Positions 37,201-52,390 of a stretch of DNA of 64,000 nt are shown here, in pieces. Under the pieces are notes generated by a model. That model was not told where the DNA came from. It did no database searches and saw only the letters and a program-made list of their open reading frames with translations. The stretch is from positions 24,554,001 to 24,618,000 of the forward strand of contig CM097885.1 in assembly GCA_044892525.1 (NCBI GenBank), in the 5' to 3' direction. Each line of letters opens with the position of its first letter. Within the stretch, counting starts at the first letter, position 1. The position numbers and the translations under genes are program-made. Origin of the DNA: Schmidtea polychroa. Lineage: Eukaryota.

Positions 37201-40200
37201 AGCACCTTCTTGCTTTTTTTCTTCATTTTTCTTTTCAGCTTTACGTTTTCTATTTTGTGCGCCAGATAATTTTTTTCTATCTGCCATTATGCTACCTCAA
37301 GTAAAAATTAATAGAATATAATAGATTTAATAATAGGTGTAGAAAAATCCAATATAAATTAAATTACTGTGTTGTATATATGTAAAAATTATACTGGAAG
37401 TACGACCGAAATTATATATACTTTAAATAAAAAAAATTTGAGCCCTGCACTAATTAAATTTTATTTTTTTTTTCACTTTCTGTTTATTTATTTTTTAACT
37501 TTTTTAACATTTACTTTAGTCTTTTAAAACTTTACTGCATGTGACTTTATTCTTTTAAAATAAAACTAAAAATTATTGCGCAATTTAAAAAAATTTCAGA
37601 GCATGCTATATGCTAAATTTTTTTTAAAACCGCTTTTCAGTTAACTTTTTTGAACTTGCAAAATATTTTTTTAAATCGATTTTCCGTTGTATTTTTTTAA
37701 ATTTTAAAAGAAATAAGTAATCGGTATCGGACTAAAACAACGATGGAATTACATGTTTTACGTACATACAAATTCATATATATACAAATTCATACATAAG
37801 TATATATCAATATAAAGATAGAAAGTTTATAAAATATTTAATTTACTTGATAAAAAAAGCAGAACTATTTGGCGCCCGCTTGTAAATCGGCGCCCTAGGC
37901 TGCTGCCGACGTCGCCTATGCCTAAAACCGGGCCTGCCCGACATTAAAGTAAAATACATATAAGTAATAATAAAAAATCTCTTTAATTTTTTTACTATAA
38001 TTTGATATTTGCTGACGTTTTGATTCTGATAAAGAATAAAGCCTTGGAGAAAATCTATCTTTATGACGGATTGTAAATGTTTACCAGTCAATCTATTTCT
38101 TTTATTAGATGTAATAATTTTCATTTCTGAAAAAACTGCTCACACATGTTGTTAGTATTGCAAAAATTTATCATTTGTCGAATACGAGTATAAATTAAGC
38201 AAATCGGTATCTTCAAATTTTTGCATAAAATTTACTACTTAATTATCATCCTTTGTAAATTTTATTTTAATAACAGTTTCAGCATATTTACAAGGGCCTC
38301 ATAAAATTTTTTTGAAAATCGAATGCAGTCTGTGAACTGTCTGTTTGAGACCCCTGAAATATATTATTGTTTATATTTTTATTCAATTGTATTGAATTTT
38401 AATTATTACTATTTTTTTATAAGAAAAAGGTTGAACTAAAAATTTTTCACAAAACTTTTATCAATTTTTTTTAATGAAAATTAATTTTTGGTTGTTTTTT
38501 TAGACTTTCAGTTTTCATTTCGTTGTAATCGTTCTGGTAGAAAAAAATAAATTTATTAACATAACTTCTTCACCTTTGATTTGTTATTAACGATTGTGTT
38601 TATCTTTGTTTTTTCTTACTAGATCAATGTGTTTTAAAACTTTATATTAACTTCACTTTGTATGTATGTTTGAATGTTTGTATGGGCCACACAAATCTTG
38701 TGATGGCAAATTAACTTTTTCTCGTAATCGGATCAAGCTGAAATTTGGTAGATAGATTCGTCGTCGAGAACAATGTCTTCTTTCCGAATTTCAGATCGGT
38801 CAAAGTACTTTAATTAACTTTTTTGAAAATTTTCAATTTTATTAATATTTTCAAAATTTCTTTCAAAATATTAATAAAATGTTCCTTTCAAAGTAATTTC
38901 TTAACTAGGCTATTTTGCGAAATATTAAATATTTCATAGCATTGAGCACGCATATTGAAATTTTAATTTTGAAAGAATGTAAAAGAGTGAAATATAGAGA
39001 GTTTTAAAAACTATGTTAATTTTTTTTTCTATTTAACTTTTTAATTATTGAACACAACTATAAATTCTCTAAAGAATTATGTTTATTATCAAATTGACTG
39101 AAAAAGACAGTGCCGAAAATTCGTGAATATAAAATAAAACATCGATATATTTACTGATTCATAGTTAAATTTTAATAAATGTAATACCAATTGAAAAGAA
39201 ATCAGGGATGAAAATCGAAAGAAATTCTTATAATTAAATATATTAAAACATTAAAATATTAAAACATTTTTATTTCAATCACCAACTCTTTAATGCTATA
39301 ATTATAATCTGAATTTCTAGAGGAGTATGAAGAAGCTTTTCTATATTTCCACACTCTTTATACATTATCCAAAAATCAAACTTGGAAAAACGAGAATAAC
39401 GTTTTACTTTTCATTGAGGCCTGTGAACATCTAGCCAACATCAGATTATCAATGTCTGAAATTTTTTTAGATAATTTCAAAAATATAGAAATGTCTCAGA
39501 AAATAAGCTATCTAAGAGAAGCACTTGATTATGCCAGAGAAGGTTCGTTTATTTTTATGTTAAAGATTTTATTTTTTAATATAGGGGGAAAGAAGAAATT
39601 AGAAGGAAAATGTAGTTACAAGCTGGGTTTAGCTTACCAAGAGGTTGATAAACCAGATGTAGCGATAAATGTGAGTATTTATTCAAATAAACTATGTAAA
39701 AGGCTATTTTTTTACAATGACTACCACATTTGAATGATTGGCGCAAACATTCCACGTCTCCCTACATGTCCAATTTCATGGTTGATTAATTTCTGCAGTA
39801 CGTAGCATATATTTTTGGATTCTTCAAGTAAAATCATGTCTTAGATAGTTTAAAACAAAGTATTCAAGTGAAGTTCAACCTAGAAATTTAATTTTGCATA
39901 GAAGGAAAATGTAGTTTAACCCTACACTGCATGACTTTTTATATAAGTACTTTGTACACTTTCACTTAAACTGTAAGACTTTTTAAAAATTGATTTGGTA
40001 ATACAAAACTATTGAGAATTACATTACGGTTTTTTTGTATTATATTGCAAATATAGCCAATACAATGTAATATGAGAGAACATTTACCGAGAACAAGAGC
40101 GAGACAGTTTTTATTCTAATAAGATAATTGTGTATCACCAGTGATACAATATGCAGTGTAGGGTTAAGTAACTCGAGGATAAAACAATTTTAACAAATTC

Positions 40201-41395
40201 AGTGCAACATGTTTTTATCAATACAAGTTATTACATCAGTAAAATTTGACAACAATAGTGACTTAATTGTTAAATATTCATTCTTTAGTGCAGGGATGCA
40301 CAGACTTTTCAGTATGGGTGCCACATTTTCTAATAATACATTCTATGAGGGCCACATTTAGAAAAAAACATCATCTGTAAAATTTTAAATTATAACCCGG
40401 TTTCTATATACAAAAAATGCATTTTAATTTAGTTGAAATAATTAATTTAATTTTTTTTTGGAGCAATATGACATTGTTTTTTATAAAAAAGTGCTGCCAT
40501 TTCTAATTTTTTAGTGAAAACTGAAAATGTATTTTTTAGTGCTGCAATTTCTGAAAATTTTTTATATAAATATTTAAATAAATATATTAAATAAATATAC
40601 ACGAGGGCCGCACAAATTATTCAAAAGGGCCGCATGTGGCCCGCGGGCCGCACTTTGTGCATCCCTGCTTTAGTGACTTAAGGACAATCCAATGCGTTAT
40701 TGTAGTAATTGCAAATCAATCACCCTTGGATTACTCACTGACCCGCATAACACACAAACACACACTACAAAATTATTAATTGTTGAAATAGAGTTTATTA
40801 TTTTTTATTCATTTTACTTTTTAACCTAATTTTAATTCCAAATTCATTTTCTTTCAGTATCTAATGCAATATTATAATATTTCCAAAGCAATTTATGATG
40901 ATGAAAATTTATGTATTGCATGCGATGCTCTAGCAAAGGTCTTTCGAAGGTTTATCATGATGCATAGCATGAAACCAACATTAAACATTAATTTTCAGTC
41001 AAAAAAAGTATGAAGAATGCATTAAATATCTCGAAGAATTCGCTGAATGCGCCGAAAGATCTCTTCAAAAAGAAGCTCATAGTCGAGCTTGTCGTGCACT
41101 TGGTGACATTTACAATCATTTAGGAGAATTCAAGAAAGCATCGGGATATTTCTCACGAAGCTTTGGTATTTCAAGAGGCACCAATGACAGCAAAACTATA
41201 GACGAGGCCCGAATACTGTTCGGAGTATCACAAGGTAACAACCTCAACTGTACATTCTCAGAACATGTTTATGTCGCTTCAAAGCAAGCGGTGCAACGTT
41301 TAATCAATTGGAAAAAAGACTGTAAAGAAGAAACCTCAGAAATTGGTAAACCAATTGCCGATAAAAGAAGTTTGATATTAAATTTTCTTCAATAA
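22420..41395 (+). CDS. TTC29: Tetratricopeptide repeat protein 29; exons 22420-22754, 27071-27347, 27398-27533, 39321-39542, 39585-39670, 40858-40949, 40999-~41395 (3' end may splice further)
   Basis: Phase-compatible GT-AG junctions. Peptides YRNSFYQNLCLCMISKGYHRAFSELF, EDKWLVDHF, EACEHL, CDALAKVF, LGDIYN and LINWK are collinear with TTC29 as I recall it. Confidence 0.85.
23420..24463 (+). mobile_element. Degenerate hAT (Ac/hobo-like) transposase 3' fragment
   Basis: LDVKTRWNS motif and C-terminal KPTSTDVERVF; frameshifts and stops. Confidence 0.75.
24667..26025 (-). mobile_element. Tc1/IS630-like DD34E transposon, full length, transposase disrupted (25930-24922)
   Basis: TIR CAGGGTTTTTCATCATATTTTGACATTTTG, TA TSD, HTH N-terminus, FMDE / MDN-x34-E (SPFLNPIE); frameshift ~25460 and stop at 25252. 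Confidence 0.93.
24752..24860. repeat. (AAATTAAATTAA)n 12-mer tandem repeat inside the Tc1 element
   Basis: Directly visible. Confidence 0.9.
27900..28290 (+). mobile_element. hAT remnants: two AGTGGCGGAT end-like motifs and a short transposase relic
   Basis: End-like motifs at ~27901 and ~28252; relic reading roughly DSAPDIS...FVIRYV...ERFLELIP. Confidence 0.45.
29835..31427. mobile_element. Non-autonomous hAT element (host of a nested Merlin)
   Basis: TIR CAGGGCCGTAAC / GTTACGGCCCTG; perfect 8-bp TSD TATAGGAT. Confidence 0.9.
30091..31241 (+). mobile_element. Merlin (IS1595/ISXO2-like) transposon, pseudogenised transposase ~30181-31152
   Basis: ~30-bp TIR GTGGTTTAAATAAAATAGTATGTTTAAATA; VEIDE, KYNRGR, TIITDKWRAY, VNHS and HSQNIEDLW motifs across frameshifts. 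Confidence 0.88.
33271..34016 (+). mobile_element. Internally deleted hAT-Charlie/Buster element; C-terminal transposase fragment 33504-34016
   Basis: End CAGCGCTTCTCAACCTTT; LLPFSTSYLCETGFS...KTKYRSQL...QAQGSH dimerisation domain. Confidence 0.82.
34130..34215. repeat. (TA)n microsatellite
   Basis: Directly visible. Confidence 0.98.
34480..37936 (-). mobile_element. Full-length autonomous hAT transposon (ZMYM1/Tip100-like), 3457 bp
   Basis: TIR CAGGCCCG / CGGGCCTG; perfect 8-bp TSD CCCGACAT (34472-34479, 37937-37944); subterminal GGCGCC repeats. Confidence 0.95.
34636..37287 (-). CDS. Intact hAT transposase, 883 aa (TTF-type Zn finger, DUF4371, dimerisation domain)
   Basis: WLQYS..AFCFCC, SIILDCTPDVSH, GQGYDNGSNM, PCSAHSLNL, TRWESR, SVASGERSFSKL. 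Confidence 0.95.
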   Translation of the reverse strand: MADRKKLSGAQNRKRKAEKKNEEKKQEGAFLKYICRQQSQDKNRNEMTPRKQVDCNLEEQMDRNSTTRNAEVPILTEFPHTNVEETIEETEVETIEETVEEPIEEIVLETIEDTEEILINETLEILESVNSSLDYSDPATWLNSHDLRSGRLRQILVEHGPEQIEEFDFPQNESHRKFSMNFYRRRLANGEEMRRHWLQYSKTTNSAFCFCCKIFNNNQRVIHLSDKGSSDWKNMSVILERHEKNKDHLINFQTWKELELRLKKNKTIDQDNLRLIKQEERHWQQVLERLIGLVKLLATQNIAFRGSNEKLYSPGNGNFLSFVEYLASFDPIMGEHLRRIKNNETQVHYLGKDIQNELIQLLSKSIKTKILKSISMAKYFSIILDCTPDVSHTEQMTLIIRFVHTNTENCDLDPICIREHFLGFVKLTDTTGAGMTDEIVQMLADMSLPIENLRGQGYDNGSNMKGKENGVQRRILNLNPRALFVPCSAHSLNLVVNDAVSCCLDATSFFMLVQRIYVYFAASTRRWEVLKRHASNLTVKPLSDTRWESRIDALKPLRYQLSKVIAALIDIFQDTSQTGVSGNTSRIEAQGLAKAISNFEFVVSVIIWYDILFNINITRKQLQSEKINIQDAMKLLENTKKFLFNSRNDEGFERILVDARELAEESEISPIFKQTQRIRKQKKQFEYEANDEPIQNPKEKFKISFYFAVLDRALKSVEQRFTQMSTINSTFGFLYNIHNLQYISSKKILEDCLKLENFLRHDDSKDIDGTDLLNELIFIARHIPKNLLPEDVLNYICKNNIVDSVPNIFVALRILLTLPVSVASGERSFSKLKQIKTYIRSTMSQERLVGLAILSIEHEMARDIDTKLLLEDFTKLKARKIKF
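37945..38356 (-). mobile_element. Old hAT-Charlie remnant next to, and probably interrupted by, the intact hAT
   Basis: End CAGGGGTCTCAAAC at 38356; relic FSEMKIITSNKRNRLT. Confidence 0.55.
39920..40163. mobile_element. piggyBac-type MITE (244 bp)
   Basis: TTAA|CCCTACACTGCAT ... ATGCAGTGTAGGG|TTAA. Confidence 0.9.
40291..40667. mobile_element. hAT-Charlie MITE (377 bp)
   Basis: TIR CAGGGATGCACA; perfect 8-bp TSD CTTTAGTG; GGGCCGC subterminal motifs. Confidence 0.93.
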
Positions 41396-42312
41396 ATTTC
41401 GAGACAAATTAAAGTAAAGGGTCTCGCAATTCATAAGTTATTAGGCAACTAATTAAGGGACTCGTAAGGAAATGAAGTTTTAATTTTAACATCTATGTAG
41501 GAATATCGCTTACTTTTATCTTTATATTTTGAATATTCAATTTTACCTGTCTCAGACGATTTTGATTGTTTTGTTATTATTAAATAAAATTATTCATCCA
41601 ACAGGAAATTCAAAATCAAGTTTGTTACAAAACAAATTAAACAATATTCTATTATCTTTTTTTACCTTGTCGCCAATTTTTAAAATTAAATGGAATCAAC
41701 CGACAAGACAAAGATTTCCTGATCTCATTTCGTCCGACCGTATCCTATAAATAAATTTGGGACCTTCAAGCAAAAAATGCGATGCTAAGGATAAAACATA
41801 ATTTTGAGACACTTCAAAACAGAAAGCTGAAGAGAAGAAAATATAAAATGTTTTTTTTTCATATTTTTACATTTTTCAAATTTAGACATAATTATATGAA
41901 TAATTAATATAAATATAAATCGTATTTGTCACTAACGGATGAAGTTGGCCAAGAGTCCACAATTTGAATAGGAAATTCGTTTATTTAAAAAATTAAGAAG
42001 ATAAGGCCAAATTTCCTTATAATACCAATAAAACCATTTCTTTATCTTTATATTTGATCTGTTTTTATTTACAATTACATTTATCGTCATTTAGTTTACT
42101 AGCAGAAATTAATGATTGATATTCAATAAAAATATTTCTTTTATTTTCATTCTGACAAAAGATTAAAAGATAATTTATATTCAGCAGAAAATATAATTAT
42201 AAAGTAAATGCAATTTTAAATAATAGAATGTTAGTAGAATGAATTATTTTTCTTGATCAAAATATTAACGTTGATAATAACGTAAAATAATCATTTGTTT
42301 TAGTATTGTTAA

Positions 42313-42525
42313 CTAGGTTTTTCTCGGGCACCTACGGCATCCTTTTTATTCAAAATCCCAAATCCTTCACGTGAATCTTATTGCATGCGTTCGAATCAAA
42401 ATTATTGATAACTAATAATAACTACTTACAATTGTTAATGATATAATTATAACTTTTAAAATAATCATAGTAAACATTGAGCGTTACAGAATAAGTGAGT
42501 GAGTGACTGGGCCTTTATAATATAA
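42313..42525 (-). mobile_element. Non-autonomous Helitron-like element
   Basis: Inverted, internally shorter copy of 52029-52390. Ends in an imperfect hairpin + CTAG|T; (TCAC)n near the 5' end. Confidence 0.7.
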
Positions 42526-43193
42526 ATTTTATAAAGCTTTTAAATTAATAAACACCATAAATACAAGGGCTACACAGTCTAACATGTTGCAAATCTTAAC
42601 TCTTAATTGACATAAACCAGTCTTTGAACGAAACCGCTAAACCATTCAAGTATTTAGACAAATTTAGTTTTGAACCAAAGACCAATCACATAAAAAGAAT
42701 AATTAGTTTGCATTCATGCTAATAATAATTCATAATATGAAATTTAATATTAGAAAATCAAGTGTAATTTAATATGGAAATTAATTTAAATTCTCATTCA
42801 ACATCATAAAAAGCCTAAGACGACTTTCAATGAATAATGTTCACTCCACTCATATATTTAAATTGACCTCCCTCCCAGCCCACTTGAGAACAGCTGCAAA
42901 ATTTTCAATTTTGTCTGATGAGAATAAATCTTTTTCGTATTATTAGATTGACAGAAATTTAATATTTGACAAACATTAAATAAACATAATTTCTAGATTG
43001 TCAAATATCATTATTTATTACCCCCCCCCCCTCCCTCTGTCTTTATGGATATTTACCGATTTTTTTTCCGAAAGGAAAAAACGTTCTTATTTTTCATTGA
43101 TCTTGTTTTTGAAAATAAAAAATAAAAAAATTTCTTAAAAGATTTTGAGTAACGCAAAATTGAATTCAAATAATAATTTTGGATATTTTAATG

Positions 43194-43480
43194 CAGTGTT
43201 GTCCAAACTGTGCGCCGTGGCGGGTGCCCAGGTGTGCCGTGAATTTTTTTAAAAAAAAGTCAAAACTATGTTTTATGAATTTTTCATTCACTAATTTTTC
43301 TAAATTTAAAATTTTTTACATTAAATTTATTTCAAGTAAAGAAGTTTTTCATTTCTTATTAAAAGATTAGTAAAAGTGCAATAAAAAATTGCAAATAAAG
43401 TAAAAAAAAATTTAGGTGTGCCGCGAAAATTTTTAAATCAGCGAAGTGTGCCGTGGCTCAAAAAAGTTTGGATAACACTT
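43194..43480. mobile_element. hAT-Charlie MITE
   Basis: TIR CAGTGTTGTCCAAACT / AGTTTGGATAACACT; GTGTGCCG repeats; degenerate 8-bp TSD. Confidence 0.8.
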
Positions 43481-43894
43481 CTTTAAAGTATTTTATGCAA
43501 TCTGGACGAGAGAAGTTATCTCATAAAACTTATAGGACACAAATATATGATAAGCTGGTCCTTCAAAGACCCACAAGACCATTTATGTTACTCACGTGGA
43601 TATTATAAAGTACAATACAATTAATTATATAAAAAAGTAAACTATTCATTTCAAATATAACTAAATTTGATGAAAATTTTATCGAAAATGGACAGTTTTT
43701 CAATATTTGTACGTTACATTTTTAATCTAACTAAATTCAAATTTAATGATTTTTATATATTTACATAATGATAGAAAAAATTAACACAATCTTGATACCA
43801 CTTGTCAAAAGGGTTTAGATCAAGTTAAAAATTCCTACAGTAAACGTTATTAAGAAAATAAAATATAAATTTCGTAAAAATAATTGGCATTTTT

Positions 43895-44727
43895 AATAAA
43901 AACACTAAAACGCCACACAAACGAAATATATTTCAAGGAAATTATCCGCATCATCAGTCTGCCAGCATAATCTGTGTTAACAGATATAAACGGAAACAAT
44001 AGTGGCATAATAGTCATGATTTAATGGGTTAATAAAATAATCTCAATCAATTCATTGTTGATTGAATGTTAATTGTAAGGATTATGATTTAATCGACAAT
44101 GCCTCACATAAAATTCTTTCTCACTTATTATTAAAATTTTTATATAAACTTTTAAAAGATTTTAAATCAGTTGCCTAAAAAAATTTTCCTATACTCATTA
44201 ATATGTCTCATGCCTTTCAATCGGCTATAATCTTGAACTGTGTGCGGCGATGATGAGAAGTCTTTCCAATGTATGTGACACTTCACCCATTACATGAAAA
44301 CATTATACCTAGATCAGGTACTAAATTTATTGGGGGTGTGAGAATTATTTCTAAACACATTTAATGAATTTAAAGATTTAGACTCTATTTTAATTATACC
44401 GGAATTGCTTAATGATTTCATGACAAAATATTTAAAAATTAAAACAAAATTTTAAAACCTTAAAATCATTCAAAATTTTATATAAAAACTTTAATAATAA
44501 GAGTGGAAGAATTGTATGTGAGGTATTGACAATTAAATCACAATCCCCTACAATTGATATTCAATCAGCGACGAATTGATTGAAATTATTTAATTAAATC
44601 ATAAATTTGACAGCATTATTGTCTCCTTATGTTACTGTTAACATAGATTATGATGGCAGACTGATGATGAGAATAATTTCTTTGAAATATATTTCGTTTA
44701 TTTGGCGTTTGAGTGCTTTTAATAAAT
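43895..44727. mobile_element. Foldback element with ~270-bp diverged inverted arms
   Basis: 43895-44165 is the reverse complement of ~44462-44727 (e.g. CATCATCAGTCTGCCA / TGGCAGACTGATGATG). Confidence 0.75.
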
Positions 44728-44771
44728 AGAGATTTAAATCATTAAAAACAAAATAATTTCTTTTAAAGAAA

Positions 44772-48428
<3,657 letters not shown>

Positions 48429-48470
48429 TTTCCCCCCTCCTTGATCCCTTCTAGCGGATCAACAACCCAT

Positions 48471-50757
48471 TTACTGTAGGGGAACCTTTCTTTTTGCATA
48501 TCTCCAATACCCCTCACACACCCATCTTTCAATGGTATAAGCCGCCGCACCACGCACCTTTTTTGATACATCATGGTGGATTCTCCACCCGCCATCGCCA
48601 TACTCGGCCAAGCCACTGCCACTGTTCATTCTGTTTAGGTGCAATATCTCCATTATTCTTCCTTCATTTTTCGCCAATTCAATATTCAACACTTTTCCCT
48701 GTTGCCTTTCATTTGGTGACCAGTTTTCACTTAATGTTCTTATAAGCCCCCTGCAAAGTCGTTCTTTGATTGCTTCGTGTCTCAATTCCACAATTGACAC
48801 CTTGTCTTTCATGTACATCTTTAGAGGCGTGCCAACGAGTTCAACTGATTCGTGTTGTTTGAAGCTGTCTGATGATTCTTTCAATTTTTCTGGTAAATCC
48901 AAAACTTCTTTGGACCCTTGAAAATTATCACGCTCTTCTTTTAGTCGATTAACTTCCCCTTCATCGACCTGAATATCATTAACCGCCGCCTTGGGCGTTA
49001 GATCCTCTGATACTAGTTTGTCCTTTTCCCAACTACTCAACACTTCCGTTGTCTTTGGTCCCACAATTTTATCTTCAGATAATTTTATGATCTGACCAGC
49101 CCGGCAAGCCTCATCTTGCTTTTCCCTTGTATTCATTTTCCCTTGAATATTTTGTCTGATTGCAATGCCGTTAATAAATTCGTTAGTTTCCCCAGAATTG
49201 GGTATTTGCCCATCTAAATGACTCTGAGCTCCTTGCTCTTCATTAGATGTCTTACTCCTGTCGAGTTTTGTGTCTTCAATTCCCCGAAATGCATGTAACT
49301 CGTCATTTAACATTTCAGTTACTGAAAAATAACTCTGAGCCAAATGCGAACATCTTGGAGCTTGATTTCTTGCAATCCTACCAAGACATGTCCATCCGAG
49401 GGGCGTCAACCTTGCAATTGGTTCATGCTTTGCTCCTGTTACTTCGCGAATAGATCGATGTAGATATGGGTAATCAGAACCAATCAATACATCAATCTGC
49501 GTCCTTGTATTCATAACCGGGAAGTTTATATATCGCAGATGCTTCCATTTCGTCGATAACTTCCTCCAGTTACACATTCCCAGGTCTCCAGTGACCTTTT
49601 TTTACCACCAGGACGTTCAAATTTACTTTTAAATTGTTATTGTTTCTTGCCAATAATACTGTTACTGGCCTCGTTTCCAAAATTTGTGATTGTCCACCAA
49701 TCACGCCAACTGGAATGCTTTGCCACTGTCCTCCCAACTCCAGTTCTTGCGCCGCCCAATCGCTAATATAACTAACATTGCTTGCGTCGTCGAGCAATGC
49801 GTTGATCTTGATCTCCTTTCCTTTATTAATCAACTTCGCTGTAATAGTTCGTAAAGGAACATACATCTTCTGACTCTGTGTATCTTGAACCGTCATCATT
49901 GATGTGTTTTCATTGCTCGGCTCTTGATCTCCATCAATTTTGTTCTTTGAGCCATGGAGCAAATTGTGATGCTTTCGGGTACAATCTCTGTCCTTACAAA
50001 AGCTCGGTTTTTCACATTCTCTAACCATGTGAGCTGTTGTAAGACAATTGTAACAAAGCCGCTTCTTGGTCACAAACTCATTTCGTTCCTTAATATTCAG
50101 CTTTAGAAACTCTGAACATTGATTTAAATAATATTCTGATCCACATTTCACACAAATTGGTTCCTTTTTTCGAGCACTGCTAACCTCTATCTTTCGCCTA
50201 CTATCCGTAAAATTTGTGCCCCTATTCGCATTTCCGAAGTTAGTTGTTGGGGCGACAGTTCTACCTTTTGTCCGCCCTTCTCCAAACAATATGCTCAGTG
50301 CTTGCCGATGCCTATTAGCTTCCGTTTTGATCCAATCGGCTGGCGTTTCCACATTCGCTCCTCTCCCTGAATCACAATGGCGTGACCACTGAATCAACAT
50401 GGTCTCTGGCAGCTTCTTCAGCAGTTGATGATACAACATTCCGTTATTCAACTCGCCTTCTCTCTTCTGTTCCTTGAAATTCAGGATGAGGTTTCCCAGC
50501 AGCTCTTCGAACCGCTCTAGGTCCTCCAATACATTGAGCCTCACTGGAAAGAACCTCTGCACCGCGTCCAGCATCATTGAATAGGATCTTTCTGGTCCCC
50601 CATACCTCTCATCCAGTATTTTCATCGCCGCCTCGAAAGCCTGCGAGCCATATCCAATATAGGCAATCAATTGCAACGGCTTCCCTTCCAAGTACTGTCT
50701 CAGGTACAAGTACTTTCTCTCACTCGGCTCATCTGTGTCCTCGATGCAGGCTCTCAC
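48471..50757 (-). pseudogene. BEL/Pao Gag-protease, frameshifted, with deleted pol
   Basis: ORFs 49570-50757 and 48471-49577 carry the Gag and protease motifs listed for the element. Confidence 0.85.
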
Positions 50758-50899
50758 AATTGCCCTCTATCCAGGATACTCCATCACCTTTCCATTAAAT
50801 ATCGGCAGCTGTAAGGGTTTCAATCCCATTATGAACTTCTGTTTTTCATTGGGCTCTTCACTCCTAAATGATTTCTCTGGGACCTTCCGCGACTCTACT

Positions 50900-51640
<741 letters not shown>

Positions 51641-52028
51641 TCATTGTATCACAAGTTTCAGTATAAGAATCATCTGCAAGTCTGAGTAATAAACAAGATT
51701 TTCCCACACCAGAATCTCCAATTAATAGGAACTTGACTAAATAGTCACACTCTGGATTCATTTGTAGATTCATTTCGAATAACCGATATACCAAAAATTC
51801 CACAAAGAACACTTCCAGAATTCTATCGATTCAAAAAAACCACAGGTTTAAACAATTCTACCAAAATTAATAAGTTCTACAAAACATTTCATCAAAAACT
51901 TACAATTTAGCAATAAAAACCTACTTCTCGCGCCTGTGTGCGCACACCAACAAGAATCGGTCTAACCAGACCGCGCACACAGACGCGATAGAAAAGAAGC
52001 ATGCAACAAACTGCCAGTCAGAGGCAAT

Positions 52029-52390
52029 ATCATAAAGACCCAGGTCACTCAGTCACTCACTGAATCTGTAACACTATTATTTTAAAAAATTATAACTATA
52101 TCATTAACAATTATAAAATGATAATTTCTTGGTAGCAGCATTTATTATTTAAAACAATAAAATGATAATTTCAGCCTTTTGCTGCAAATAATGTATTTAA
52201 TGAAATACATTATTTACATTAAATACATTATTTACAGCAAAAGGCTTAAATTATCATTTTATCATTAACAATTATAAGTAGTTATTATTAGTTAATAATA
52301 ATTTTGATTCGAACGCATGCAATAAGATTCACTTGAAGGATTTGGGATTTTGAATAAAAATGGCGCCGAAGGCGCCCGAGAAAAACTTAG
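52029..52390 (+). mobile_element. Non-autonomous Helitron-like element abutting the truncated BEL 5' LTR
   Basis: 3' hairpin GGCGCC-GAA-GGCGCC followed by CTTAG|T; second copy at 42313-42525; internal palindrome. Confidence 0.72.

Noticed and set aside
44655..44700. CTGATGA...GAAA hammerhead-like core (also CTGATGAG at ~990)
   Set aside because: Could not form stems I and III or place a cleavage triplet.
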